A stretch of 50,957 bases of DNA, filler included, from Catajapyx aquilonaris (GCA_000934665.2; 2 parts of 2 records of this genome joined end to end with filler, not necessarily neighbours in it), one strand, 5' to 3'; numbered from the whole stretch's first letter, positions 29,872-44,400 are shown. The notes: a model not told the origin generated them from the sequence alone. A program made the numbers and translations.

Positions 29872-31042
29872 AGGGACACTCCACTCATAATACAAGTTGT
29901 GTTCTAAAAATCGGGCAAGAAATCCTGATTCCGAGGGTATAAGCAATTTTTCTGAGAAACGAACGGTAAGGCCAGGGCGAGAGGTCAGATTCGTAAAATA
30001 ATAGTCTCCCGCCAGCGAGTGGAGACGCCTGGCAGGCAAGCAATCCCCTCGTGGCGGCCAGACGGCGAACCACACCAAGGTAGCTATTTTCTAGCACTAC
30101 TAGCAGCTACAAGTAACTGCTAATGACAAGTCTCTTGCCTAGGCCAGTGCATGCTACACCTAATTGTCTAACAACAAAATGACTAATGTTGTAGCCTGGC
30201 AGACACCAATAGTGCTTCATATGGGAATTAGTCATTGAAATCGAGCCATCTTCTGGGCCCTAACACATATTAGCTGCTAATCTGCAACGCGTAGCGGTTA
30301 TTCTAAGATGGCGCACTGGCGCAGCCCAGTGGTTCTATTCCGGGACGGAATCTCATGGAAAAGAGTGCGGCTCTTGGCTCTGCTGCTGCGATGGAGGGTG
30401 CCCAGGATGGACATGGCCAGGAGGGACCAGGTGGCCCCCAATCCACTGTGCATGGCCTCCTACCCTATCAGTTGGAGCCAATGCTGGTGCTGGTCCACTG
30501 CTGGTGCATATGATCGACTGATGTCAGCGATGATGAGTTCGTTGGGCGGCACCCGTACATGACGTACTTTGAACGATCATGATGACGAGGACGATGAGGA
30601 CGACGAGGGCAATGAGGACGACGAGGACCAGGAAGACGAGGACGACGGTCAGGCAGGCTCGTTGTTATTTGGATACGCGGACTATAAACAGATGTTGGCG
30701 TCCCATCTGGTTTCACTTTGCACTCCTCAACCACTCACGTGGGAAAAGTCACACTTACGTGAGAAGATGACATCACCACTAATCTTCTGGGTCGGTGGAA
30801 AGGTAGAGCACGGTCCGTTTCAAATCCACACCTACCGATCTCCAGTTCTGCCCTCACCTACCCTCAGAGGGTGGCGTCGCCACCTGCGCCGAGCCCGTTT
30901 GAGCGCGGTTTTCGAACGACACACTTCCAGCTTTCGCCCTGGCCTTACCGTTCGTCTCTCAGAAAAACTGCTTATACCCTCGGAGTCAGGATTTTTTGCC
31001 CGATTTTTAGAGCCCAACTTGTATTTTGAGTGGAGTGTCCCT
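29872..31042. mobile_element. Kolobok/T2-like non-autonomous element (1171 bp) with GC-rich internal cargo
   Basis: TTAA|AGGGACACTCCACTC ... GAGTGGAGTGTCCCT|TTAA; TIRs of about 110 bp are shared with 4765-5266. Confidence 0.9.
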
Positions 31043-32667
31043 TTAAGGGAATCGCAGCTGGAACTATTTGTGGGAAGACTAGGTTCCTTAACAGTATATT
31101 ATTGACATTCAAAAGTCCTCCAGCTTATCCTGGCTCAACTTTGTTGGCTCCTGACCTTCTCCAGGCTCCCTCTCATAACAGCAAAAATATCAGTTCAAAA
31201 CCCCTGACCTGATTTGTCATGCCATCTGATGAGGACCATGGACGTAAAGAATTATATTATTTTGTGGAGAATTGAGATATTGCTATATGGATCATTAATT
31301 TTCAGTGGAAGGTGATTCCTGATAATATAGGATGAAAAGTGAAACACAGTTTTTCAGTATGTTTCCTCAGTTTTGATAACATGTGCTGGAAACTTGTAAA
31401 TTTGCAGATTTTTTGTTCTTGAAAGGCCACAGAAGTGCTAGGGACCTTCCAGAATTCATATTCTAAATTTTATGGATATGGTGTATAATGCCCAATGTTT
31501 TGAGTTGCATGATGTTTACTGAAACTGATGTCTAATAAAATCATTGCTTATTGCATAAGGTGACAGTACTTCAAATGGTGTCGAGCCAGTGCCTAACTTA
31601 TGTAGCTCTGACACACACAGATTTGGACTTGTGGGGGGGAAACTGGCATTCACAGATAATCTGCAGAACAAACTGGTAATGTAAGAAGCCATCAGTTGTG
31701 AGAAAATGCACTAAATTTTGACTGGTGACTCGAACCTGTCTGCCGGGACTCATTTCCTCATTCGGTTTACACGTGACAGGGGTGAAAAATTGCACATTCA
31801 TGAGTTGCAAGCTAACGTTTTCACAAGTCAGGGAACAGATACTGGAAAACTGAGTGATCCATCCTCCACTTCCTAGTTCAAAAATTGTCTTCGTGGCTGA
31901 ACCAATCTTGGCCCGTGCAGGTTACCGGGATCTCCGGCGATGCACATCATCGGCTTGTAAACACACGGGCGATGTATATAAGTGCACTTGCTTGATGACA
32001 TCAGAACCACTACAACTCATGGGTGATGACATAGCCGATCAAATCGCCCACACGTAAAAGCTGCTTTACACCTGGGCTGCCATCAGAAGTGCAAGGACTG
32101 GAATTTTACATGGTTACTTACTCATCTGTAGGGTAGCAGTGAAATACAGGAAATTAAAAACCTTTTATGCCACAGACAGGTTGGGTCCTGATCTAAACCT
32201 TAGGGTGCAATAGGATCGGTCCCACCACAACATACGCAGGCACAGATAATTGCTGCACAGGTGTCGCCGGATAATCAGAAAACACAGATAATCGGGAAAT
32301 GGTCCTAATACCGTAAAATGAGATATTCAGATGTTTTGAATGTAGTACTGTACATACTTATTCTGCTTTAAATAATATTCAATCGGAATTAGAAAAGAAT
32401 TCTGTAGATTTATAGTGACAAGGTAGTGACCCGTAGATGTCTTCTGGGAAAAGTCAGTTACCAGTATATTTCTTTGTTTGCTAGAAAAATGACATTTTTT
32501 TCGAACTTCGCTTTGTTTTAGCCATACACAGAATAATCCGCACCCGGAAAATCGGGAGTACAGTGTAATGCCATAGAACAAAATGGATTCGTGCACGTAG
32601 TCTGTATATTAACCAGTTGCATTATTCCATGCACCCGACAAATGCGATCTACTTTCCCAACAGAATA

Positions 32668-33100
32668 AGGGCCGTACTCCATTTCCAATAAAACAAGGGC
32701 CAGACTCCAAAAAAGTTTCCTGTCATGTCCTGCTTCACCCATTCGTCATATCGGTGTGAAAATCACATCATAAGATGGCAAGACGATTTTGGACATACAG
32801 GATTTACCTTCACACATTAACCTCAAATAGGTTTAATGACGATTTTTTGTCCTCCACCCCCACCTTTTTTCCTAATGAAGTCCCCGCTTTGTTCCCAATA
32901 GAACAAGGTGCGAACTCCAAAGTACACATTTTGGCCCCCTGCTTCGCCCGTGGGTCCTATCGGAGTGAAAATCAGAGGATAGGATCCCATGGCGATTTCA
33001 GGCATATTAACTTTACTTCCACATGTGTACCTCTAATCGTTTACCAATGGTGATTTTTTTCTTATAGCCGCACCTTTTTTCCACCATGGAGTTCGGCCCT
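32668..33100. mobile_element. short-TIR MITE
   Basis: AGGGCCGTACTCCAT ... ATGGAGTTCGGCCCT. Confidence 0.5.
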
Positions 33101-33182
33101 TGTACTAGTGGGATGTTCAATTGCAAGGGAAAGCAAAATGTGACAGATGATCCTCAGTCAGGACATCACAGGTGCCAAATGA

Positions 33183-33426
33183 GGGGTGCGGTGGAAAAAC
33201 GTGACAACCCACAAAGGTGTAATTTTTCAGTAGAGTGAATTGAAGTTTGCACTCTCTTCACAAATCATAGGGAATGTGGGTTTTGATCTAGAACGCGTTG
33301 GCGTCTCATGCATGATACGTGAATTTGGAGTATACCAAACTGTTTGTCGTGTCTTTTACATAGTTGCTAGGTGTTCCGGTAAAAAATGACAAAAATGTTG
33401 GTTGTCACGTTTTTCCACCACACCCC
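33183..33426. mobile_element. PIF/Harbinger-type MITE (244 bp)
   Basis: TGA|GGGGTGCGGTGGAAAAACGTGACAACC ... GGTTGTCACGTTTTTCCACCACACCCC|TGA. Confidence 0.85.
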
Positions 33427-33843
33427 TGAAATGATGTTTCTGGATTGATGGAGAAGAATAGATGGTGGACAATTCATGAGTTTGCCTCTGAGATGTGACT
33501 GTTGCATACGAATGCCGTTCACATGATGAAAAGCTCCTGGGAATGATAAAAATAGCATCTCAAAAACATGAATATATCTACTGGTTTCGGCTTCTGAACA
33601 TGCATATGTCATAGTAGGATGACTCCATTCAGTCCTGAGATAAGGACCCCACCTATCTGTAGCATAAGCGGCATAAACTGACTAATTCACGGACCTATCT
33701 TACATCTGTGTTTCCACTATTCAAACTCCAGCCCTCACATTTGCTCATCATTATGACATTTACCTACCGGTACCACATACATTAACTATGGAGAAATGGT
33801 TATGAGTAAGCCCAGGGGAAAATCTGAACAAGTTTCCTTTATA

Positions 33844-33934
33844 CAGGGTGTTCCAAGAATCCGGGTCACTTTTGGATAACTGCTATCGCCTGATAGCAGT
33901 TATCCAAAAGTGACCCGGATACTTGGACACCCTG
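33844..33934. mobile_element. 91-bp Tc1/mariner-type MITE, near-perfect hairpin
   Basis: TA|CAGGGTGTTCCAAGAATCCGGGTCACTTTTGGATAACTGCTATC-gcct-GATAGCAGTTATCCAAAAGTGACCCGGATACTTGGACACCCTG|TA. Confidence 0.9.
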
Positions 33935-34030
33935 TATAAATGGACTGAAGTTAATTCACATGTGAATGTCAGGAGACCAATAAGATATTTCAAAATTGAC
34001 TCTCCCAGAGGCCTAATCTGATCTAATGGT

Positions 34031-34402
34031 CACAAGGGCAGGTGGCACACAGGAATATGGGATAGAGAAAGAAAGTGAAGGAAAGTGAGCTGCAAAGGTG
34101 CCTTAGAATGCATTTTTTATTTAACTGTATTCTCCAAGACCACTGACACACCTGTCCCATCTCTGCTGGACCAAGTATCTGACACACCTGCATCTGAATA
34201 GAGCCCTGTCAGATGAATTCTTCGATAATTAGAAACCATGGCTGTTATTTTTGGCAGATGTGTCAGATGTTCATTCAGCACTAGTATATTATAGGGGTGT
34301 CAATGGTCTTGAATAAATCATGCATTCCATGGTATCTTTGCATCCTTTTTTTTCTACTTTTCCTCTTTATCCTGTATTTCTGTGTTATCACCTGCCCTTG
34401 TG
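34031..34402. mobile_element. degenerate long-TIR MITE
   Basis: CACAAGGGCAGGTG..ACAGGAATATGGGATAGAG mirrors CTTTATCCTGTATTTCTGTG..CACCTGCCCTTGTG. Confidence 0.7.
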
Positions 34403-37400
34403 GCAGTTGCATCTGACAAGGGGGAAGGGACGTCGCTTTTGGACTTGGGAAAAATTTGGTCCACTAATGGATGAGACTTGCCCAGATTTGTTGGATATTT
34501 TCTCCTGGACTTCTGACCATGTCTACATGGGGGATTGACTGGCTCATTTTCATCTTAATGGACCTTGTGAAATGAAAGGTGATGTGTGACCAGGCACCAG
34601 GGTGTAACATATTAAGCATGAGATTTCTTTAAACTGCAGGAAAGCCCTTGGTGCATATTGTATGAATTTTCTGGTAGTAATTTTAAGTCTTATTATATGA
34701 ATATGACAATGCACCTACATAATACTAAACATTCAATTTTATTACAGAAACTGCCATTCCCAATATCAACTATCCAGGTAAACTAACCATTCCAAGCAGA
34801 AGTGAATCTCAAGTGTCGGCAGGAAGCATTGTGTTGTTTGGATTGATTGTAAGGTGGTTGTGTGTGAAGAGACTGTCATTGTATTCGTAGAATTGTAGCA
34901 TAGGATGTGTGTGAACTGGACTGAAAAGAAAAAGTTTAAAGTCAAGTTGCCTTATATTTCATGACTGAAAAAAAGGACTTGCACTTATGTTTTCGGAGTC
35001 AGATGTGACAAAAAGTATAAATTGTGGGCCAGTCTGTTGCCTTGTTCAGCTATAAGTGTGTGTGTATATCATAAGAGCACATGACTTGTGCATCATTATA
35101 TGTGTAGTACTCACTAGTGTGGTATTTCTGTAAGCTACACTAGTTAACTTTTCACGTTTTAAAATCTCAAACAAGTCACATTCAAGAGCAGCTTTTAACT
35201 TGATTCATTCCAAAGGAAAGTGTCTTACTTTATATATATTTTTAAAAGTACTTCGTGTTATTTTGTGAAATGTTTCAGAAATGTAGGCGAGTAGTATAGG
35301 TTGAGTCACAGTACAACAATTATAAATTTTTGCACCAAAAGTATGGACTTATACTTTGTGATGACTGTTTAAAATGGAGAAGTTTTATAGGTTTTGGCCA
35401 TAGGCCTATATTTTCAGAAGTGCATGGGAAGTGTGCTGGCAAGTATTGTTTTTATATTTAGTTGTATTCTGGAAAAGTTGTTCGATGTCTAAGTGCATCT
35501 CACAACAAATGCATCAATTATGGCTGGTTTTTACAAATATTTGTCAAATGGAAGTTACCATAACTTGTAGATGATTATCAAAACACCATTAGGCCTGTAA
35601 TAGTGAGGGCAGGTGACAGTGAGGTGGGTCTAAGGAACCCAATACCCATCAAGACATTCAACTTGTGGCTGCATAAAAATTGTGGGATCAATTGGGTGAG
35701 CATCATAATTGATTGATTGATCTGGTTAGTTTCATGGAGTGTAATTGTATGTACAGGTGAACTTGTCAAAATTTAAATGGCAGTGTTGTCCCTTTTGCAT
35801 TTTGAAATGTTTTTAAATAATACAACAATGTATGCTTTATGTGCCTCAAAAACAAGGGATATCTTGCACACTGGTGTAGCCAGACATTTTTTGGAGGGGA
35901 GTCCACTTCATAAGTTCCTCCCGGGCCTGTGTCACTGTCTTGCATCCTATGGTAAAACCATACTCGAAAGTAATGAGGGTGAATTTTTGTTGCATAAATA
36001 TATTTTCACTGATTACTTTGACCTTGAAAGGTGGGTATTATTTTCATATATGTGGCATTAATAGAGAAATCAGTTAGGCACTTTTAAATCACATTGTCAT
36101 TTAGTTCAAATACTTTCTCAAAATCAGACAAGTGGTTTTATTATGGGACTCGCTTGGCAGTGGGGCTTCACCCCCCCCCNNNNNNNNNNNNNNNNNNCCC
36201 CCCCCCCCCCCCCCCCCCCCTTCCCGTGCCCCAGTTGCACGCCTTCGGCATTATGCAATAAGCATTCCTTATGAGAGAGGCACCATTTTGATTTTTATGA
36301 ATACCCTAATATGTACGAGAGAAATAACATGAATGAAAGGATTTGGCAAGGTATTCCTTTCACGTTTAACTAGAGCAATTGAAGGGTATTAGTTAATGAG
36401 TCTTGGAATTGCAGTACTAGACGTAGTCGTTGCAAAGCCATTTGCAGACAGATTGAATGATTTGATGCACTGCTATAATAATAACATGATAATAGTGGGC
36501 AGAATATTTTTTGCCGAGCATGGGCATATCACTTGTGTCCTTGATTGATTTCTTTTTATGACAGTTTATCTTAACTTATAGGGAGGAAAGTTCCCAAGGC
36601 TACCTGTACTATTTTAAGTGTTCTGAAGTCTTTCATTCTTGCTATTGCTTTCTGCCTTGGACAGGCAGAATGGGAAAAAAGTATACCTCATACAAAAACC
36701 ATGAAGGGATTCAATCAATCACAGGTCCTGTGATTAAACTCCAAATCTTACATTTGTTTGGCCAGTGGATTAACTGTTCTATACAGTACACCCCCATGTT
36801 TCTGAAATAGGAATGCCATTAAAAAGTTGACTCAATTGTTATGGGACTCACCTCACTCTGGAAAAGGTACAGCCTGAAAGGAAAACCTTGATAAATCATT
36901 TCGAGTTAGGGCAAGTCAACCACTGCCACCAGATTCGCTTGTGCTGTACATGTACATTACACTGTGAAGGTTCCCAGCTCTGAGGCAAAGCTGTGTCCAT
37001 TATGCATGATTGGTGACTGCAGAAAGAAGTTCTTGTACCTTAATTTTGATAGTCTGTAATAATGAGTATTATCTATTGTGTTTTTGTTTTCGGTAGTTGG
37101 AGTCATAAATTTTCATACAAAAATATTATTTTTGTTCACAAAGGAGCATGTTAAACAAAATAAACCAGCCCTCCAAACTGCATTTTTCGAGCGGAGCATA
37201 ATTCCTTTTTGTACTTGCTACGTGTAGGCCATCCATCATCAAGGACATTGTGCAGTAATGGCCCTCCCTGACTGTGCTTAAGAGTCAGTGTCTAGTAGTA
37301 TTTTGGTATCTCTCACGTTGCACCACACACTAGTTTGATAAAGAATGGCATTTAATCTTTTGAAGTCCTATCCTTGAGCTGTGTGTATTTTGGAAGTGGA

Positions 37401-38415
37401 AAAATTCATTAATTTGTATGCCACTGATTTGCGCTAAGGGGAGGTACTCTTTCAGTAGGGTCTGGAGTTCTTGAAGATGTGTAACATGGGTAGGGTGGGA
37501 TCCTAAAAATGCAAAAAACAATGTGACATCATTAGTGATGGTTCCCATGGTAACTTCCATGTGTCATGTCATGCAGTATTGGGTACGGGAATGAGTGTAT
37601 TTCTATCCACTTGGAGGTATACAATAGGCAGGATGTGTAATTGTTACCATGTCACCTTTTCTATCTCAAACTTATCAGTGGGTAGATTTATTAATGTGTA
37701 TATCATTACCAAGAAATTTTTATGATCACATAAGTGATGGAGAAAGGATGTAAAAAGATCAAGGCTGATGTCTCCCTGAATCTCAAAAATGCATTTTTTT
37801 ATGTTCAAATGCACCAACTCGGTAATAGCAATAATTTTTTATACAACGCTGCATCATATGAGAAAGGGTCAACTTAGATTCTTGTACTTAAGAAGAAATT
37901 CTGTTGTGAAACATTTGTGTTATAAGTGAATAAAGTACTTCTCAAATAGTTGGTTGATTCAACTTGCACTACACCTTCAAGGTCTATCACTTTTGAGCTG
38001 GCAGTGATAAGAAGGAACGTTGTCTGTTTGGATAAGGGATTGGCACTATATGAGCTCATGCTCTTTTATGTGTTACAATCCTAGTCACTCAAGATTACAT
38101 CCGTTCTTTGCAACAGTGTATGGGTGAAATTATTGCCCAACATGGTGTTTGCACAATTGTGGAGACCTCAAGGTATAACACCTGAATTCCATGCATTTGT
38201 CTAGTCTGTGAAAGTCCCTATTATGATGGGACCTGTAACCCTTGAGCTTCCTATCTAGTGCACCAGATTAGATATAGTGTTTGTACAAAAGTTTGTACAG
38301 TGACTGTGAAAATACCAGGTGTGATAAATATAGCTGATGTGATAACAATCAGGAAGAGAACTGCGTTTGAGCTTTGGTCTGGCGTCGGTTGTTGCTGTGG
38401 CAGTGCTTGCTCGAG

Positions 38416-38485
38416 ATGGACGCGAAGGTGGCAGCTCTATTCCTACTGCTGGGTTCTCTTGTGGTCTCAACATCTGCTTGGTGCT
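38416..38485 (+). CDS. Fas3-like exon 1: signal peptide
   Basis: MDAKVAALFLLLGSLVVSTSAWC followed by T|gtaagt (phase 1), compatible with the acceptor at 43470. Confidence 0.75.
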
Positions 38486-41400
38486 GTAAGTTTGTCAACA
38501 TTTTGTACAACTATTAATAATGGTGGAGGGCAGGATTAAGTATATTAAGTGTGTGTGTGTGGGCATGATCAGAGAGAGAGAGAGGCTGGAACAGATGTGC
38601 CCAGTTTTTGTTTATGGAAGATATTATGTTAGTGGGTACACTGTAAACTGCAAACCATTAAAAGAGCATCACTATACTGAGTCCCATGGAACATCAATTT
38701 TTAATGCTCTCGTAATGCACTTGTAATTTTTTTGATGCTTTTTAGCAACAAAAAAGCATTACACGAGCATTGAAAAATGGTTTCTCCATAAGTGTGATGC
38801 TCTTTTAATGCTTTGTGGTTTACAGTGTAGCATTAAGTCCAACGTTGTGGTACTTACACCACGGAAGAAGTTTTATTAATGAATAATTTTGGAGAGTAAT
38901 CAACGAAGCAGGAGAATATTGTTAAAGTCCAGACAGGGTGTGAGAGTAATGGTGCTGTAGCTACATAAGTAATACCTCACTGATCACTGTAGCATGGATT
39001 TTAGAATGAGATTTTTGAATATTTGAAATAACACTGAAGGGATATCTCTACCGCCCTCTTTAAGTGATGCTGAACCACAAAAGGTCATATTGACCTCACA
39101 TTGCAAGGTCAAAACTTAAAATTCATGGGCTGGAGTGCATTTCCAATGATCAGGGGCGACATGGTGGTGGTATTGCCACGCCACAGCCTTTCACCTCTGT
39201 TCTAAGTTCAATCCCCTAATCGGATGCTTATTGGCATTCTCTCGCTGAATTCAGTCAATGAGGTTCCGAATTCAATGAGAGTGTGGCCAAGCTCATGCAA
39301 CTCTGGCCCAGATATAGGCCTACTCGGTGGAATTTTCGTCCCACTGCTAGTTACTGCATGCTAACTTAGCAGTACAGAGTGTTGGGCCCTGGTACTGCTA
39401 AGTTAGCAGTAACTAGTAGTGGGACAAAAATTCCACCCACTGTCCACGCGAAGGCACATTTTCCCTGGACATCATCTCATTTCTGCTCTACATCAGAACC
39501 GAAATCAGTCAGTAAGTATAGACCGACTGACGCAACTTTCAATGTCGAGACACTCGCTGATTTCGGTGAATCAGCCCGATATGACCACAATGCACGCTAC
39601 AATGACACATCCTTTTTAACACATGCAAGGGAGTCTCACCTGCAAAATAATACATAAAAGGTTCTATCACTGATTTTCAATACAAATTATTGTTCCGACA
39701 GAAGATTCCCAAACGGAAATTCATTGCTATTCAGGTCTTGGATAGATGATTAAGTTCGTATCATTAACAAGAGGCGGAAGGACGATATAGGTCCATGATA
39801 TGTAATATGTAGATGAATGTAGCAGATTTATCCTGGATCATAACTGCTGAAGTTAGTAATTATTAACAATGTGAAAGGTTTCATCAAGACCTATTGGAGA
39901 TGGACAGCAGACACCAAGTAAAATGGAGCCCTGCAATGTTAGCAGGCTACTGCCCCATGTACAGTACGTAAGTAGGCTACAAGCGAGAGAAGCCAAGAAG
40001 AAGTGCATTATGTACTAAAATGTATGTCGAAATTTTACATAGTGTTGCTTAAGTTTCACTAATTCGGCAAATACAAAAAAAAAATGGTGAGCACTGCTTT
40101 AAAATTCTTTCACAATCCTCAAGTCTGCGATATACACGGCTGTATCTATAGACCGCTATGTAATCTCATGCGTTTATTTTCAGTACTAGAGATAATTAAC
40201 TTTGAAATGTCATTTTTGCAATTACGACATTGCAACAGTTAGGACAAATAGCGAAAGAACCAGGAAACAACAAAAAAAGTTAAAATTTGTAGCCCACTGT
40301 AATCCAGGATGCAAAATCAGTATGGGACAAAGGTACTTTTGCATGGCTATAACTATCTACGTGTAGGTGGTGATTCACCGAAATCAGCGAGAGACTGTCT
40401 CGAGAAAAGTTGCGCCAGCCTTTCCAGACTCACACTAATCTCGAGTTTGATTGTGGTTCTGATGAACCGAAACACATGAGCTTGGACATATTCCCATCGA
40501 ATTCGGAGCCTGGCGGGAGGCCCCATGGCCAGGGGGAGAGTTGATGGACTAATTACACCTGGCGATGTAAACAAAATCGGCGGTAGCATGCAAAAAGGTA
40601 ATCCTTACGTCGAGCCTGAACTGCTGGAGTTCGAATGTGACCCATGAGTGACAAATCAATCAACTCTTTACCGTCCCCCTTTTCGATCCGATCGTGAAGT
40701 TTGGCAGAGAAACACTGTATAAGATATGTAGTATCCAGTCCAAGCTGACTAACCTGGCAGTCTTTAGACTTACAATAAAATATCAGTATTACAGTATTGA
40801 AAATGATAACGCTAGGGAGATGGTGTAGGGGCACTCTATAGCTGAGAATATATTATGAAAATAAGAGCAGAACATTAAATGACCCATGAGTGCATACTAC
40901 ATAATCACATTAGGCCTATCATAGAACCAAAAGGATTACGATGGAGCAATATCTTATGTTTTCGTCCAGTTCGAGCTTGTGTCAGGGACAGGAAGTCTCT
41001 AATTCATTCATGAAAAGGAAAAAGTAGCTCGATAAAATATACCTAAGGATTGGTTTTGCCATGACACGCGATTATTTTTAATGGAGTGTTGCAAAAGTGC
41101 AGAAGATTTTCTTACTACTTGGAAATCTGGCATTGCGAGAAGCCGAGTTTCAGTTTTTTGTATATAACTTATAGCCTATACCTATACTGTATTCCAGTAC
41201 CACATTGCCACATTTCGGCCGGAAACTGCAAAATCTTATAAATCATTTGACTTTTTCCTTGCTCTGAAAGTGGCATGATTATTGCACTCTTTTTTGAAAT
41301 GCAGGTATAGCTTATGTTATTGACTGATCACTGCTGCCTATACACGGCCCAATAATGAGGAGTCCATATATGAATTAAATTCAGCCTGATTACTCCAGGC

Positions 41401-44400
41401 AATCAACACCACTGAATATCTAAAATTATCTCAAATTAATGTAAATTCTGCAATGGACGCTGTCTGTCATTTGACTGCCTACTTCACGTAATACTACTAG
41501 CTACAATAATTATTTTGTCTCGCATCACAACCCCCCGAGTTCAGGTTCTCCCGATAACGAAAAGATATTATTTTCGCTAACCCGAACTGCTTTCACGCGA
41601 TAGCAATTTCAGAGACGTTGGGTATTTGATAACATCTTTTTCAGTTCATTATCTGGAGAATGTAACAGTTTGCTCTCTGGAATTATTGAAGAACTATTGA
41701 CGAGCTTGATGTTGGACAGGAGGGCACCAGCATGTAATCAGGCGGTATCCGAACTTCTCTCTTTTGTGCCCAAGCAGCTGTCCATCTGTGCTGATTAATG
41801 TTGATAATAAGCTCCCTTGTCTATCAGTATTTTTCTGACACCTTCGTGCTGATGGCAATTAGCCTAAAAGCGATATTGTGCATCCAGAAAGTGATATGAT
41901 CAGCACTTTGGATTGCTTGTTCACAGTAGCTGAGAGTGAATTCGACTGTATAAAACATGATAATATTAATATATATTAATAATTTATGTATTTGACAGGC
42001 ATTGTGTGGTTTGTGGTTGAGGCTAAGGTTGCTTCCTTAGATAGGTGTAAGTGGCGTGAGTTAATAAATGGCGAGTGATCATTGTTAAGACTGTTTATTG
42101 CAGCGGTTCTCAACCTATGCCACATCGGGGGGGGGGGGGGGGGGGGTGACTCCANNNNNNNNNNNNNNNNNNNNNNNNNNNNNNNNNNCCCCCCCCCCCC
42201 CCCCCCGGTTGAGAACCGCTGGTTTATTGTGAAGCATATTTTATTTTTGTGATTACTTTCTTAAGTTGTAGAAACATATCTGGCGATGTGTCATGGGTTG
42301 TTTTGGTCAAGTTATTGTTACTTCAGATAAATTACAGGATATACGTACTGTAGGCCCACATAGTGCAGTGTAGTATAATATAGTGTACAAGATAGCTGAT
42401 GCATTTATGTAAAGTGCCAAGCCGGTAGGTTCATGTGAGCCATGTAGTTCTGTACACTACACACTACACACACACACAGGCGCGCATTCCTATCCTTGTG
42501 AGGTTTTTCCAAAATTTACAATTTAAAACTAACCTAACCTAACCTGACCTACAAGGAAACACACGAAATTTTGGTGAAATATATTTTTACTGTCTTTATG
42601 AGGTATTTTTTCGATTTTTCCCTATCCTTGTGAGGCGTGTGTTCACTATGAGGTGCAGGAAAACTACCTCGTAATGACAAAATTCCTCACAAGGATAGGA
42701 AAAACGCGTAAAAAATTCCTCACAAGGATAGAAATACGCGCCCACATGAGCACACATGGTGAGATGCTCAGGAGAGGCTAGTATTATAGCTTAGTTAACA
42801 TGGTGCGATGGTGGTTGTATACTGTATGTGTAAGGTTTATGAATTTTGTTTTTTATCATTAGTAATGCATAATACTTCACTGACTGTCACCTATTTATGT
42901 GTCACATTTTAAGTCACATTTTATTATTTGACTTGAACTCCATCGCTGACTACTCCCTTTAAAGGGAAATGTTCTGATAGTTTGTTCGTTTTTTGTGTAG
43001 TTTTGTACGGTCAAAATTGCGTAACACTAGCCAGCCAATTGAGGGACGTGACAATTCATTATATTCACCACATTATTTTAATGCACATAAATGACCAAAA
43101 ATGCGAAAGTATCAGAGTCGCATTTTAATGATAAAGACATACTGCATGAAAGGGAGAAGATTGAATATTGTATTCTCTCTCTTACGAGAGCCCTTTTCCA
43201 AGCACTTAGGGGACTTATATTGTTCTAGCCTCAGTAAACTCATTTAATCCTCAGAATGTGCGCTTCCAGGAGTAGCCTACATTACAAAATGCCTCACTAA
43301 ATTTCAGTCCAAGTGTGACTCTGATCGTTCTGCAAATAATAATCAACGCTTCACATGACGACTCTCCTTAGTAGAGTTGATCATATTCCACCTAAGTGCT
43401 GTTTTCTATTTACTTTTACCCTGAATACCCATGCGCTAATGGAAATACAATAAATTTAACATCTTATAGTGGTAGGACCATGTGAGCCGCCTGAATTTGT
43501 GAATTGCACCAAGGAAGTTTCTGTAAAGATCGGAGATCAAGCTGAACTACATTGCCAACTGGATCATCCCGTGGAAAAATGCACGTTTATTCGTCCGGAT
43601 GGCCAACACGTATTGCCAGGAAAGGGGTAAACCATTTGCATTTCCTTACACTTATATACTTTCATGGGCAGTAACGCTACGAGTTGTTTCATGCCCAATG
43701 ATACTGAAATGATTGGGGGGAAGACGCTGTTTGTGACAGTATACAGGGTATTCCAATTCAGATGTCCGATGTAGCTGTTTATTTTTAAGCAGTTACTTTC
43801 AGTGATTAATTATTATATACAAGGTACCGTATATTCCGCAAATATGAGACCGAATTTAATTTAAAGTCACAATATCAATTTCTTAATAATGGAATCAAGC
43901 TTGGCTGTATTGTTTATTACTGCAGAAATCATATAATAATGATTTTGCGACACTTTGTGATCTGATGTTTGTAGGGCGATGCCATCAAGTATTCGAGGCA
44001 TGAATTTTTTAAAAGTACATAATTAAAGTAACTTTAAATATGATTATTGTGATTTTACTGTGACTTTTTGTAAGGTAGGCCTAGTATTAGAAACAGATAA
44101 GAATATGTACCGGTACGGTATCTTTCGGCTTGGATCAGCAATAATTTTTATCATTGTTCCTAATAATATTGTAAAAAGTAAAACTAAGTTTTTGATTATT
44201 TAAATCCGCAACTGAGCGTTTTAAAATTGCAAATTTGCAATTCCTATTAAACGTCATAAAGCCCCGTTTACATGTGAGCGATTTGACTTGCGAACTATTC
44301 GCCGAACGGTACCATCGCTGAGTATAAACCCGAGTAACCAATATTGTTTGAGGTGAAAGTAACAATAGATGTTCGCCTCAAACAATACTCGGGTTACTCA

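Noticed and set aside
30569..31105. 178-aa ORF with an acidic N-terminus
   Set aside because: It starts at TTG and runs through the MITE's TIR; the same peptide (PGLTVRLS.KLLIPSESGFFARFLEPNLYFEWSVPL) appears in ORFs at 5039 and 29809. This is a repeat artefact, not a gene.
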